DNA of 64,000 nucleotides from a virus (lineage: Duplodnaviria > Caudoviricetes), in IMG/VR virus record IMGVR_UViG_3300035661_000004; one strand, written 5' to 3'. Position numbers and translations under genes: made by a program. Positions 42,866 to 52,293 of the stretch are shown in pieces. The notes under the pieces are model-generated. The model did not search any database and was not told the origin of the DNA. It saw only the letters and a list, made by a program, of their open reading frames with translations. Numbering within the stretch: position 1 is the stretch's first letter; each line of letters starts with the position of its first letter.

Positions 42866-43150
42866 GGTGCGGATTGTAATCGGCCTTCTCGTGCCTGTAA
42901 ACTTTCCAGGTCTGAATTTGTGATGCCCATTTGATCACAATACCCCTTGCAGTAGCGCTTCGGCGCCCATCCGCAGGGGAACGCCGTCTCGACACGGACG
43001 GCGTGCGGCAGGGTCATGATGTCCAGCGCCTCGGGGTCAGGCGGGTGGTGAGGACGGGCAGTGCTTGCAGGGAGCCGTGTGGGCTCGCGCTTCAGGCTTG
43101 ACCAGCTTGGCCGCCTGGCGCTCGACGGCGAGCTTAATGCGGCTCTTCAT
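42862..43150 (-). pseudogene. Frameshifted Cys-rich small protein
   Basis: MKSRIKL...PCKHCPS joins HHPPDPEALD...CGWAPKRYCKGYCD near 43047; restored stop makes an ATGA overlap. Confidence 0.5.
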
Positions 43151-43479
43151 CGAACGGCCACACCGTGTCTTCGAAGTCGAAGTCGCTCACAGGTTGCGGC
43201 TGCAGCGTTGGCACGGCCATCCGTGTGTAGGACCAGCCAAGCAGCACCAACCCTAGGAAGCTCCAAGCCTTGATCTCGTGCCCGTCATAGTAGATGACGG
43301 TCCGTTTGAACCAGCCGTAGTCTCGGGGGTTAAAGCCGGCAAAGAGGCACCACTCATCGAGCGACTCCCACGACTCGTTGAAGTAGTCATTGTGGTAGGC
43401 CTCATGAGCCCACCTGTACACCCAATAGAGGACGCCGGCGCGAACCTCAATGGGCGGTGACTTGCGGAGACGGGTCCAT
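43134..43479 (-). pseudogene. Frameshifted hypothetical protein
   Basis: Removing one G after ATG (43476) gives MTRLRKSPPIEVRAGVLYWVYRWAHEAY..., continuous with ORF 43134..43421. Confidence 0.55.
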
Positions 43480-43485
43480 GGCGTG

Positions 43486-43929
43486 TCACCGGAAGGGCAC
43501 GACCGAGATGCTGTTCTTCGGCGAGCCGTCGATCAGCTTGTCGCTATAGGCCAGGTACACCAGGACTTGGCGCGGCTGATCCCAGAAGCGGACGACACGG
43601 AGCTTCTTGAACAGCGGCGAGCGGGACTCATCGAACACCTGCTCACCCGGGCCGAACTGGGTCGTGACCTTCAGCGGGCCGGTGGCACGGCAGGCGATGC
43701 CGACGTCCGACTTGTCCTCGGCCAAGCCCACGGAACCCATGAGGCCGCCGGTGATCGGGCGGCTCAGGTAGCAAGTCGAGCCTTGCACCTTGGGGTCATC
43801 GAAGGCGATGACCTCGATCTTGTGGTTGGCGCCCAGCCACTTGAAGGCTGTGTCCACGGACCCGATGGTTTGAGCGGCAGCAATGCCACAGAGGAGGGCT
43901 GCGGCGGCCAGGAGGATGCTTCGCTTCAT
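43486..43929 (-). CDS. creA: CreA family exported protein
   Basis: Signal peptide; VDTAFKWLG.NHKI....FDDPKV.G.TCY.SR...GG..G.VGLAED.SD..IACR. Confidence 0.88.
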   Translation of the reverse strand: MKRSILLAAAALLCGIAAAQTIGSVDTAFKWLGANHKIEVIAFDDPKVQGSTCYLSRPITGGLMGSVGLAEDKSDVGIACRATGPLKVTTQFGPGEQVFDESRSPLFKKLRVVRFWDQPRQVLVYLAYSDKLIDGSPKNSISVVPFR

Positions 43930-43939
43930 GGTGACTTCC

Positions 43940-44332
43940 TTAGTCAACGAGTTGGACGGTGCCTGTGAGCTCAAACGGCTCGAGGGCGGTGGGGGAAACG
44001 AGCTTGTTGGAGTCGACTGGTTTGGCGGGTGACTCGAGGCTGACGGTGACGTGGTAAAAGCCGCCGTTGTTCCTCGCTGTGCCGCCGTTGACCTTGACAC
44101 CTACTGCGTGGATATGCTCACCCACGTAGTGGTTGATGACCTTGACCGTAGGCTTCGTGCCCGAGATGCTCGTGAGGCTCAAGTACACGCGGCGCATCTC
44201 GGCTTTTTCTTCCTCAGTCTTCGGAAAGATGAGCGTCACGTGGTGAGCGATCACCCTCTCGAACATGGCCGGCACTTCGTTCAAGAGCTTAGCCCGAGAA
44301 GCGGCGTCAAGAACGAAGGCGAGGTAGGTCAT
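43940..44332 (-). CDS. 2H phosphoesterase family protein
   Basis: Two HxT motifs: HHVTL and YHVTV. Confidence 0.75.
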   Translation of the reverse strand: MTYLAFVLDAASRAKLLNEVPAMFERVIAHHVTLIFPKTEEEKAEMRRVYLSLTSISGTKPTVKVINHYVGEHIHAVGVKVNGGTARNNGGFYHVTVSLESPAKPVDSNKLVSPTALEPFELTGTVQLVD

Positions 44333-44706
44333 GTTGCAGCAGCGGCCACGTCAGTGGCAGGGTCCTTGTAGACAGCGATGACTTCGGGCGAGGGTTCAGC
44401 CGGCGGGACCTCAAACGATCCCACCGTCGAGCCGATAGCCGTCAGCTCCATGACCATGCGGCTGAGCTGGTCATCGTCGCGGAGGCGAGCGCGGCGCACA
44501 GCGCGGCCATCCTTGACCAAAGCCTTGACCGCGTCTTCGAGCACGCCCAGGTTGTCGAGCAGGCGCTTGAAGATCTCTTCGCGCACGGTCCGGGTCAGGT
44601 ACTGCAGATTGCTGGTGACCATGAGGTTGCTCAGGGTCAAGACATCATCCTCCAAGGAGAGCATGCTCTCCTTGATCTCGACGATGATCGGGGGCTCAGG
44701 TGTCAT
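44329..44706 (-). CDS. Hypothetical protein
   Basis: From MTPEPP; start uncertain. Confidence 0.6.
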   Translation of the reverse strand: MTPEPPIIVEIKESMLSLEDDVLTLSNLMVTSNLQYLTRTVREEIFKRLLDNLGVLEDAVKALVKDGRAVRRARLRDDDQLSRMVMELTAIGSTVGSFEVPPAEPSPEVIAVYKDPATDVAAAAT

Positions 44707-44708
44707 GT

Positions 44709-45257
44709 TCAGGTCCATAGGGTGTCTTTGTCTTGGTAAAGGCGTTGTCTCCACACTCGAACGAGCGTAGAGAACACATGCTTGTTGTAGAGCATGTAGG
44801 TTTCAGGGAACGGAAAGCTGAAGTACATCGCGGCAAACTTTGACACCGCAGCGGACCTGGAGATGCCTGCCTCGCAATGAGCGACGATGACCTTGGCTGT
44901 GTGGCGTTGCCGCTCGAGAGCGTCGATGATCTTGTTGGCCATGTCGTCATCAAACAACGTCCACTGCGCTGTCCATTCGTCAGAGCAGTGCGTTGGGTCA
45001 ATATCGTTGAACTCGAGCTTGACGACTTCAAGCCAGTTTGACGAGTCGACCTCTGCTGGCTTATATGGAGCACCTGCCCACTTGACCAGCGTGGACTTCG
45101 GTGTCGATGCCGGCAGGAGCTTCAAGTCTTTGTCATCGGGCGAGCCGATGGAGATCAACATAGCCTTCCCTGCCAGCATGGGCTCTTGCCCAGCGTTCAT
45201 CCGCGTCGTCAGCTTCTCAGCGTCAGGCTTGGACAAAAAGAAGGTGGTCTTTTGCAT
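44709..45257 (-). CDS. Protein-tyrosine/dual-specificity phosphatase-like protein
   Basis: VAHCEAGISRSAAV (CX5R P-loop); leaderless start 6 nt after TACAAT. Confidence 0.82.
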   Translation of the reverse strand: MQKTTFFLSKPDAEKLTTRMNAGQEPMLAGKAMLISIGSPDDKDLKLLPASTPKSTLVKWAGAPYKPAEVDSSNWLEVVKLEFNDIDPTHCSDEWTAQWTLFDDDMANKIIDALERQRHTAKVIVAHCEAGISRSAAVSKFAAMYFSFPFPETYMLYNKHVFSTLVRVWRQRLYQDKDTLWT

Positions 45258-45312
45258 ACTAGAATTGTATTCGGCAAGAGACCTAAAGTAAATAAGTCAT
45301 AGGGAGAAAACA

Positions 45313-45942
45313 ATGTCTATTCGCAGCATTTATGAACGCATCACCCGCTGGTTCCTGCTCGATTTCGCAAGCAAAGTTCATTGGAGGCTCAGGGGTGGCT
45401 TGACTGACGAAGACCGTGCTCAGCTTAAAGAGCTGCTCGCTAAGGACTACTACGTGATCGTCACGCGACGGCGTAACCACTTGACCACATACCTAACTGC
45501 GATTGGCAACTTCATCCTGTCAGGCAAGTTCAGCTACTGGGGCCACGTGCTCATGAACCTCGAAGACAAGGTCAATGACGTGAGCGACTTCCGGCTGGTA
45601 GAGGCGATCACCCCTGGCGTTGAGTACACGCCGTTTGACAAAGTGTTTGACTGCTCTGCCGTCGCGCTGCTAAAGCCGAAGGGCGGCGCGCAAGGCTACT
45701 GGACGATGGCGATGGACGCGTCAAAGACCTATGTGGGCAGGCCGTATGACACACTATTTGACTTGGCCCATGACAACAAGATGAGCTGTGTTGAAGTCGT
45801 GCTGGACGCAATTCGCGCGATCCCTAACCACATGACATGGTTCAGCGAGTTTGAAAATGACATCGCTAAGCGCAAGAACCTAACTCCGCAGATGTTCTAT
45901 GACTGCTCGGACTTTGAGGTGGTCTGGGAAGTCAGGAAGTAA
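45313..45942 (+). CDS. Permuted papain-like NlpC/P60 (YiiX/YebB-like) protein, late
   Basis: WGHV...VEA...GV...YVGRPYD..FD......MSCVE, His before Cys; TAAATA at 45289-45294. Confidence 0.72.
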   Translation: MSIRSIYERITRWFLLDFASKVHWRLRGGLTDEDRAQLKELLAKDYYVIVTRRRNHLTTYLTAIGNFILSGKFSYWGHVLMNLEDKVNDVSDFRLVEAITPGVEYTPFDKVFDCSAVALLKPKGGAQGYWTMAMDASKTYVGRPYDTLFDLAHDNKMSCVEVVLDAIRAIPNHMTWFSEFENDIAKRKNLTPQMFYDCSDFEVVWEVRK

Positions 45943-46190
45943 GGGCTTTGAGCTCCTTGAGCTTACTCCCGAACGGCGCTATGGCTACCAGCTCTGCTGC
46001 GAGCCTGCGCTTCAGCTCACGCTGACCTGCCACATAGCGCTTTCGAATGGCAGCCAGCTCGTTGACGACTGGGCCGTTCTTGACTAACGGCGTGCGTGCC
46101 TTCATGAAAGTACTCGATCTCGCCGCCGTACATGTGCGGGTACTCTTTGACCCACCCGATGTCACCTGCTTTGGGCTCGTACGTATACAT
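45932..46190 (-). pseudogene. Hypothetical protein disrupted by a 4-nt duplication
   Basis: CGTG-CGTG at 46091-46098; removing one copy gives MYTYEPK...FHEGTPLVKNGPVVNEL... Confidence 0.55.
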
Positions 46191-46251
46191 GTTGCATCCT
46201 CAAAACAAAGTTAAGCAAATTATACCTTAAAGCACGGCTTTGTACACCGGC

Positions 46252-46836
46252 TTAAGCGTATTTCTTGACGTAGGCTTGTAGCTTAGCCAGGCTGCCTGTC
46301 ACAAAGGCGCCGCTGTTGTCGAGGATGTTAGCTAGACGTGGGCTGAGCTCTTGAATCATCTCGATGCCTGTCATGCTTAACATGTCTTTGACGTGCACGT
46401 CATGCGCCAGGCCTGCAGCTGCAGCTTCGAGCTCAGCGTCGTCATTGATGACGGATGTTAGCGGTCTGTAGAAGATCTGGCAGTCTTGGCCGTGGCATCG
46501 GTGAATCAGCTGATGCAGGCATACGCTCTGAAACATGAGTGCCTTGGTAATGACAGTGCTGATTGTCGAGTCGAAGAACTTTCCGCTGACATAGACTGTG
46601 ATCCGCTCGCCTTCAATGCGCGCGGCGATGATGCCGAGCTCCAGCAGGTACGGGTTGGTGACCAAGCCAAGTGGTGGCTCAATGAGCTGCACTACGCTGA
46701 CCTGGTGCTTCTCAAGCAACTCATTGAGCTTGTCAATCGGGTCGGATGCTCGAAACGCCGCCAACACCGCTCGTGTGGGAAATCCGTCGGCTAGGTCATT
46801 CCGACGGGCGTAGAGGATACGCTTGAGCTGTACCAT
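46252..46836 (-). CDS. Hypothetical protein
   Basis: From MVQLKRIL, directly after the upstream stop. Confidence 0.6.
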   Translation of the reverse strand: MVQLKRILYARRNDLADGFPTRAVLAAFRASDPIDKLNELLEKHQVSVVQLIEPPLGLVTNPYLLELGIIAARIEGERITVYVSGKFFDSTISTVITKALMFQSVCLHQLIHRCHGQDCQIFYRPLTSVINDDAELEAAAAGLAHDVHVKDMLSMTGIEMIQELSPRLANILDNSGAFVTGSLAKLQAYVKKYA

Positions 46837-46864
46837 TGGACAGGTCTCAATTGGACAGGTCTCA
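46835..46864. repeat. 15-bp tandem duplication ATTGGACAGGTCTCA x2
   Basis: Direct reading at the gene junction. Confidence 0.85.
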
Positions 46865-47371
46865 GTGCTGAACCTTTGTCTTGAGCTTGTCAATAGCCTT
46901 GATGACCTGGTTAGCCAACATCTGCAGGGCTTCAACAGCCTTTTCTCGTTCTGGGCTCTTCGGGCCCACTAGCTTCTTCAGGGCTTCGAGCTCCTTAGCC
47001 CGAGTCGACTTGGACATCAGAGCGATAGCCTTGATGATCTCCTTGGTCGCTCCTGGCAGCGCACGGCTGGGATCGCTAGGAATCGTGTCCAACATCTTGA
47101 GAAGCTCTTCGGAGTTGTTCGGGTCAATGCCGATGTCACCCCTCGTCATCGCCTGCCGATTATCGGAGTTTGTCAACAGCTTGATAGCTGTGATCACATC
47201 AGCGAGTTGTTCAAAGTCAAACTTCTCAAGCTTGTCTCGATCAGCCTTAGCTGTGCGAGCAGCATTCATTAGAGCGACGCCTGCGTCTTCAAGCACAAGC
47301 TGAAGCTCCGGGCGAGCGTGAATGGCTTCGAGGTAACGGTTGAGGATCAGGTTGCGTAGCAGCATGGTCAC
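46862..47371 (-). CDS. Hypothetical protein
   Basis: 169 aa, helical and charged. Confidence 0.65.
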   Translation of the reverse strand: MTMLLRNLILNRYLEAIHARPELQLVLEDAGVALMNAARTAKADRDKLEKFDFEQLADVITAIKLLTNSDNRQAMTRGDIGIDPNNSEELLKMLDTIPSDPSRALPGATKEIIKAIALMSKSTRAKELEALKKLVGPKSPEREKAVEALQMLANQVIKAIDKLKTKVQH

Positions 47372-47373
47372 GA

Positions 47374-48510
47374 TTATGAGTTGATTGTTGTGTCACCCTC
47401 GACGGTGCCGTTGGTGAGCTCAGCGGTGCCCTGGATAACAGCGCGCCCTTGGACGCGAGCTGTGCCAAGCACCTTCGCGTTTCCCTTGATGATTGCGGTG
47501 CCTGCGATAACGGCGTCGCCGCTAACTACGGCCGTGCCGGCAAGCTTAGCGGCGCCTAGCACCCGAGCAAGCCCGCGGACGACAGCGAACTCGCTGGCGT
47601 TAATAGCGCCTGAGAGGATAGCACCCTCGCTAATGATGACCGAGCCAAACACCTTGGACTCTTGCTCAACGATAGCGTTGCCGAGAATTTGAACCGAGCC
47701 GCTGACTTGCGAGTTGCCCTGCACGACAGCGTTGCCCGCTACCTTGGCTGTGCCAAAGATGCGAGCGTTGTCAAGAACAGTGGCGTTGCCTGTTACAAGC
47801 GAGTTTTCAGTTAACAGTGCATGCCCTTCAACCGTGGCCTCGTTGGCTACCGTTGCGTAGCCGCTGACTTGAGCGGAACCCTGCACGACGGCTTCGTCAT
47901 AGACCTGAGCATTGCCTGAAATGACAGCGTTCTCTTGGATAACGCACGCGTCATAGACCTGGGCTCGGTCCTTGAGGACAGCGTCTCCGCGAACTGTTGA
48001 GTCAACGTAGACGATAGCATTGTCTTGCACGACAGCGTCGCCGTACACTTCAGCGGTGTCATAGACCTTGGCGTTGCCAAGCACCTGCGCGGTGTCGAAG
48101 ACCTTTGCGGCTGAACCGACATAAGCCGTGGCCGCAACCGTAGCCGACAGCTGAACTTTGCCGCCGCCGTTTGGGTGGATGCGAGCGCCTACATCGCCGC
48201 TGCCGAAGTCAAAGATGATCGAGCCGGCGGGCAAGACGGTTAGCGAGACACTGACTTCACCTACATCGGCGAGCGAGTCGGTGACTTGCACCGTAAAGGC
48301 GTAGAGGCCCTCAACCGTATCGGTCGCTGCGTTGAGCTTGCAATAGCTGCCATCAGATGCAACGACAAATGTCACGCCGACGGGCAGCGTCGTGAGCATG
48401 GCGTAGGTATACGGCCCTGTGCCACCCGAGGGAACCAAGTTGGCGCCGGTGTAAGCCACGCCGGCAATTGCGAGCGTCAGCGCGCCTGAAGGCGTAAGCG
48501 TAATGGACAT
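47374..48510 (-). CDS. Ig-like domain plus hexapeptide-repeat left-handed beta-helix protein, probably virion
   Basis: SGGTGPYTY...LP.G...G.YAFTVQVTDS then more than 30 [GD]NA.[VI] hexapeptides; TAAATA at 48530-48535. Confidence 0.8.
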   Translation of the reverse strand: MSITLTPSGALTLAIAGVAYTGANLVPSGGTGPYTYAMLTTLPVGVTFVVASDGSYCKLNAATDTVEGLYAFTVQVTDSLADVGEVSVSLTVLPAGSIIFDFGSGDVGARIHPNGGGKVQLSATVAATAYVGSAAKVFDTAQVLGNAKVYDTAEVYGDAVVQDNAIVYVDSTVRGDAVLKDRAQVYDACVIQENAVISGNAQVYDEAVVQGSAQVSGYATVANEATVEGHALLTENSLVTGNATVLDNARIFGTAKVAGNAVVQGNSQVSGSVQILGNAIVEQESKVFGSVIISEGAILSGAINASEFAVVRGLARVLGAAKLAGTAVVSGDAVIAGTAIIKGNAKVLGTARVQGRAVIQGTAELTNGTVEGDTTINS

Positions 48511-48550
48511 TCAGTTTCCCTCCGTAGGCTATTTATGATACAATTGGTAG

Positions 48551-48811
48551 ATGACAGCGCCTATCGGTACGACTCACACCGCAGACTTCTACGGTGATAC
48601 CCACTTTTACAAGATCGTCTACTACCCGCACCTCAACCAGGTCTATGAGGAGTGGCAAACCAGGGCAAACGTGTACTGGTGGGACCTGGGCAAGTGGGTT
48701 GATGTCGGCCCTGGCTTTAGCGGACGCAAGCTGAAAGTATATGAAGAACCACTACGTCAAGTACTCCCGCACGATGCACGTGCCTCACTCGCCGGGCACG
48801 CAGTCCGATGA
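48551..48811 (+). CDS. Hypothetical protein; 3' end possibly extended by a frameshift near 48738
   Basis: Coding-like to RKLKV, then overlaps the RNA ligase start. Confidence 0.5.
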   Translation: MTAPIGTTHTADFYGDTHFYKIVYYPHLNQVYEEWQTRANVYWWDLGKWVDVGPGFSGRKLKVYEEPLRQVLPHDARASLAGHAVR

Positions 48812-49249
48812 CCGGCTGCTGAAGACCCTTGACCACCTGCTAGGTGTCGAGGTTGTGATCACTGAGAAGCGTGACGGTGAAAACACGTCGCTCTACTCGA
48901 ATCACATGCATGCGCGAAGCTTGGACTCCAAGCATCATGAGTCGCGCAACTACTTCGAAGCGTTTTCGGTGTGGAACGAGCGAAATGAGCGTTTGCACTG
49001 GGACGAGCAAGCGGCCTTCCTCGCCAGCATCTGGGTCAAGGTTGTGCCTCAGCTATACCGTGGGCCGTTGACAATGGACGTGCTAGCAAGCTCGACATCG
49101 AACGGTGTGAAGGCTACGTCATCGCGACGGTAGCAGGCTTCCACTATGACGACTTCGGCGCTCACGTCGCCAAGTGGGTCAGGCCGAAGCACGTGCAGAC
49201 CGACAAGCACTGGATGACCCAGGCTGTCGTGCCTAACAAGCTGGCTTAA
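48741..49249 (+). pseudogene. RNA ligase family pseudogene
   Basis: KYSRT.H.P.SPG..SDD, ITEKRDGEN (motif I); EGYV and AKWVR..HVQTD.HW lie in another frame after 49089; the central GEN motif region appears missing. Confidence 0.8.
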
Positions 49250-49913
49250 CGGCCTTTCCAAAATGCTTCGACTGCGGCTTCGTAGTCGGAGCACTTGATC
49301 GGGTCTTCGAGCAGCAGCAAGAAGGCGATGACGTGCAGGCTCAGCCTGCACGTCCTTAAGCTCTTGGGCGATGGGCACGTAATGGTAGAGCCGTTCGGCG
49401 CGGTCACGGATCGCCTCAAGGTTGTCATTGAGCGCCTTGATGAGCCGTTACTGTTGGCTGCGCGCACGCGCCTTGGCTTGCTGAAGCAAGCGACCCTGCT
49501 CCTTGAGCGTAAACACGTCATTGATGACGCGCTTCATCTCGGTTGCGACCTCGAACGTGGCGCTGTGCATGAACTCGACAGGCCGCATCTCGTTGTTCAT
49601 GTAGCCGGAGGCATGCGAGGTGTTGCGCCAGGCCCAGGAGCCTACGTCTTCGCCAAATGCTTTGACCGCCAACCCGATGGCCCACTCAGGCGCCAGCGCC
49701 CATGAAGGTTTTGCCGGTCTCGAGCATGCATCGCCGGCATTCGACGTAGGTGCCATCTTCGAGCATGGTGAAAGCAGGATTCTCGGTGATCGGGTGCTCG
49801 ATGATGCCAGTCACGGTGCCAAGCTTAGCACCTGACTTCCCGCTCTCCTTGTAGACCTGCTTACCGATCCAGGTCTCCCAAACGACTCGTTGCTGCAGAG
49901 GTGTTGCACTCAT
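49246..49913 (-). pseudogene. One or two decayed hypothetical genes
   Basis: In-frame TAA at 49448 within a continuous coding-like frame, and likely frameshifts near 49330 and 49700. Confidence 0.45.
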
Positions 49914-49914
49914 C

Positions 49915-50649
49915 TCAGTCTCCAGTTAGCTCGTCAAGAGCGATGTTGTGGGCGTCGATCAGAGCTAAGGCTTTCTCGAGAGCCCAAATCTTTGCCTTCA
50001 TGCTAACGCCGCCCTTTCGGCCAGCCTTTGCTTTGAGCTTGGGTTCAATCAATGGCTTGAGCTTAGCCTTAGGCTTTGCTTTCTTTGCCCACTTGCCGCA
50101 GGGCGTGACTTGGTAAGGGAGCAGTTGACAGTCAGCCGCTTCGACCTTGAGATGCATCACGTGCTTGAGGGTGCGCTGAAGCCACAGCGTGATAGCGGTC
50201 CTTGTGGGCAGCGGGCTCATGGTGACAGGCAGTGCGTGCAGGATAGCTGTAGCGCCGTGGCCGTTGATATCATGCTGCGCGATAGCCCACTTGACAAGGT
50301 CCAGCGGCCACTTGAAATCGGTCTTGTACTTGTACTTGCGTTGTGCAGGAGCAGATGGTGGCTCGTCGCGCACGGTCATGTAGGTCAGCTCTGGCTTGTA
50401 AGCGGCCCAGCTTTCCTTGACGAGTAGCTTACGACCGAGGGCGATGGCTCGCAGCACTTGGGCCCTATCCATGCCCAGCTCAGTGGCAATCACGCTTGGC
50501 GGCGTGTGCTTATAGACGTTGCGCGCATTGATCGCTTTGATGAGCTCAGGTGTGTAGACCAGCACCTTCCGATCACGCGCCGTGAAGGGCGTTGACTTAA
50601 CCTTGTGCACGTTCGGGAGGATCTGCCGAGCTACGGTATTATCTGTCAT
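49915..50649 (-). CDS. Basic protein with possible HTH motifs
   Basis: 244 aa; IATELGMDRAQV; promoter TTTACA-N17-TATAAT upstream. Confidence 0.6.
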   Translation of the reverse strand: MTDNTVARQILPNVHKVKSTPFTARDRKVLVYTPELIKAINARNVYKHTPPSVIATELGMDRAQVLRAIALGRKLLVKESWAAYKPELTYMTVRDEPPSAPAQRKYKYKTDFKWPLDLVKWAIAQHDINGHGATAILHALPVTMSPLPTRTAITLWLQRTLKHVMHLKVEAADCQLLPYQVTPCGKWAKKAKPKAKLKPLIEPKLKAKAGRKGGVSMKAKIWALEKALALIDAHNIALDELTGD

Positions 50650-50789
50650 GAGCTACCTTTTGAATGGTTAATTATAAACCTCAAGCCGTCAAATGTAAAC
50701 GGCTTTTACTCAGTTGTAATACACACTTTGGATGCCGCTTTTGCCTACGGCCTATGCCTAAATAGCAATGACCAACTGAGCAACAAATT

Positions 50790-51935
50790 ATGCAACCCAA
50801 AGTCCTCTTCATCCTCAAGCAGCGCATGCCAGGCCCATACGGCTCCTGGAGCTATAGCTCGCAGGGTACGCCACTCGCTTCGGGCTTGAACGTGTCAGCA
50901 GGGCAGATGGCTAAGGCGCTTGACGAGCTCGGCATTGACAACAAGCTAGTCCACGTCGTGGATAATAACTGCATTGACCGTGAGGTTTACGCTTACAAGC
51001 CAACCCACGTGATCATTGAAGCCTTCTGGGTCGTGCCTGAGAAGTTTGACGTGCTGCGTAAGCTGCACCCAAACGTACAGTGGATCGTGCGCAACCACTC
51101 GAAGCTGCCGTTCTTGGCTAACGAAGGGGGCATGATCGGTTGGGCGGTTGACTACATGAAGCGCGGAGTTGTAGTAGCGAGCAACTCGCCCGAGGCTACA
51201 CGTGATCTTAGGGTGCTTGCCAAAGCCGCTGGCTCGGAATGCCGCTTCAGCGTCTTCCTGCCGAACTACTATCAAACGCTTGGCCCAAAGCATTCAGGCT
51301 TGCTCTTGAGCTGGAACAAGTTCACCCGTTGGCTCGGCTTCAATGAAGGCATGAACACGCTGCCGACAGAGCTGAACATCGGCTGCTTCGGCGCTGTGCG
51401 CCCAATGAAAAACCACTTGTCACAAGCTGTGGCTGCAATCGAAGCCGCTGAGCACCTGGGCTCGAAGCTGCACTTCTGGATCAATGGCAACCGCGTTGAA
51501 GGCAAGGGCGAGTCATTCTTGCGCAGCGTGCGCGAGCTGTTCAAGCGCTATCCAAGGCATGAGCTACATGAGCTCGACTGGATGCCTCATGACGAGTTTG
51601 TCAAGGTGATTGCGAAGATGGACCTCGTGATGCAAGTCTCGAACTCCGAAACTTTCAACATCGTAGCTGCTGACGCTGTAGCTAACCACGTGCCAGTCAT
51701 CGGCTCAACAGAGATTCCTTGGCTCGACCTTGAGTACACGGCTGACCCGAGTCAAGCGCTTGACATGACCGAAAAGGTGCTGTACATCTTGGCTAACCGT
51801 CGGCGCGGCCTCTTGCAAGAGGATCAGCTTCGGGGCTTGAAGGACTACACCGAACACGCAAAGATGCTTTGGTCGTTGTACCTCTTTGGCTCTAGCTCGA
51901 TGCATAACAGAGTGAAGTGCATGCACTGCGCTTGA
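50790..51935 (+). CDS. GT-B fold glycosyltransferase, late
   Basis: IGCFGAVRPMKN...A..A, SETFNIVAADAV...VPVIGS (GT4-like E-x7 motif); TAAATA at 50759-50764. Confidence 0.8.
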   Translation: MQPKVLFILKQRMPGPYGSWSYSSQGTPLASGLNVSAGQMAKALDELGIDNKLVHVVDNNCIDREVYAYKPTHVIIEAFWVVPEKFDVLRKLHPNVQWIVRNHSKLPFLANEGGMIGWAVDYMKRGVVVASNSPEATRDLRVLAKAAGSECRFSVFLPNYYQTLGPKHSGLLLSWNKFTRWLGFNEGMNTLPTELNIGCFGAVRPMKNHLSQAVAAIEAAEHLGSKLHFWINGNRVEGKGESFLRSVRELFKRYPRHELHELDWMPHDEFVKVIAKMDLVMQVSNSETFNIVAADAVANHVPVIGSTEIPWLDLEYTADPSQALDMTEKVLYILANRRRGLLQEDQLRGLKDYTEHAKMLWSLYLFGSSSMHNRVKCMHCA

Positions 51936-51972
51936 GGCATGTAAATAGCCCTGTCATCGCATAGGAGCTACC

Positions 51973-52293
51973 ATGACATACTTCGCTGATCATTGGCACG
52001 GCCGCTTGCCCCTTTGGCAAGCATACTGGCTCAACGTGATCCTTGGCCCAATGGTGGTCGGGGTCATCCTCACAGCCTTGTTCACGGCCGCGCCCAGCGT
52101 TGTTGCAGCGCTATTGACAATGGGTATCGTGCTGTCAATGACGGTGTGGGGCTTAGTCGGCGTGTGGGGCTCAGCCACAGCTTACATCGAAGAGTACAGC
52201 TATCCCCGCGCGCTGCTTGGTTGGCTAGCTTACGGCGCAGTATGCGTAGGTTGGCTCAAAGTGGTTGTAGCCCTGATCTCGCTTAACGCTTAA
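51973..52293 (+). CDS. Three-TM membrane protein, late
   Basis: 106 aa hydrophobic; TAAATA at 51942-51947; AGGAG RBS. Confidence 0.72.
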   Translation: MTYFADHWHGRLPLWQAYWLNVILGPMVVGVILTALFTAAPSVVAALLTMGIVLSMTVWGLVGVWGSATAYIEEYSYPRALLGWLAYGAVCVGWLKVVVALISLNA

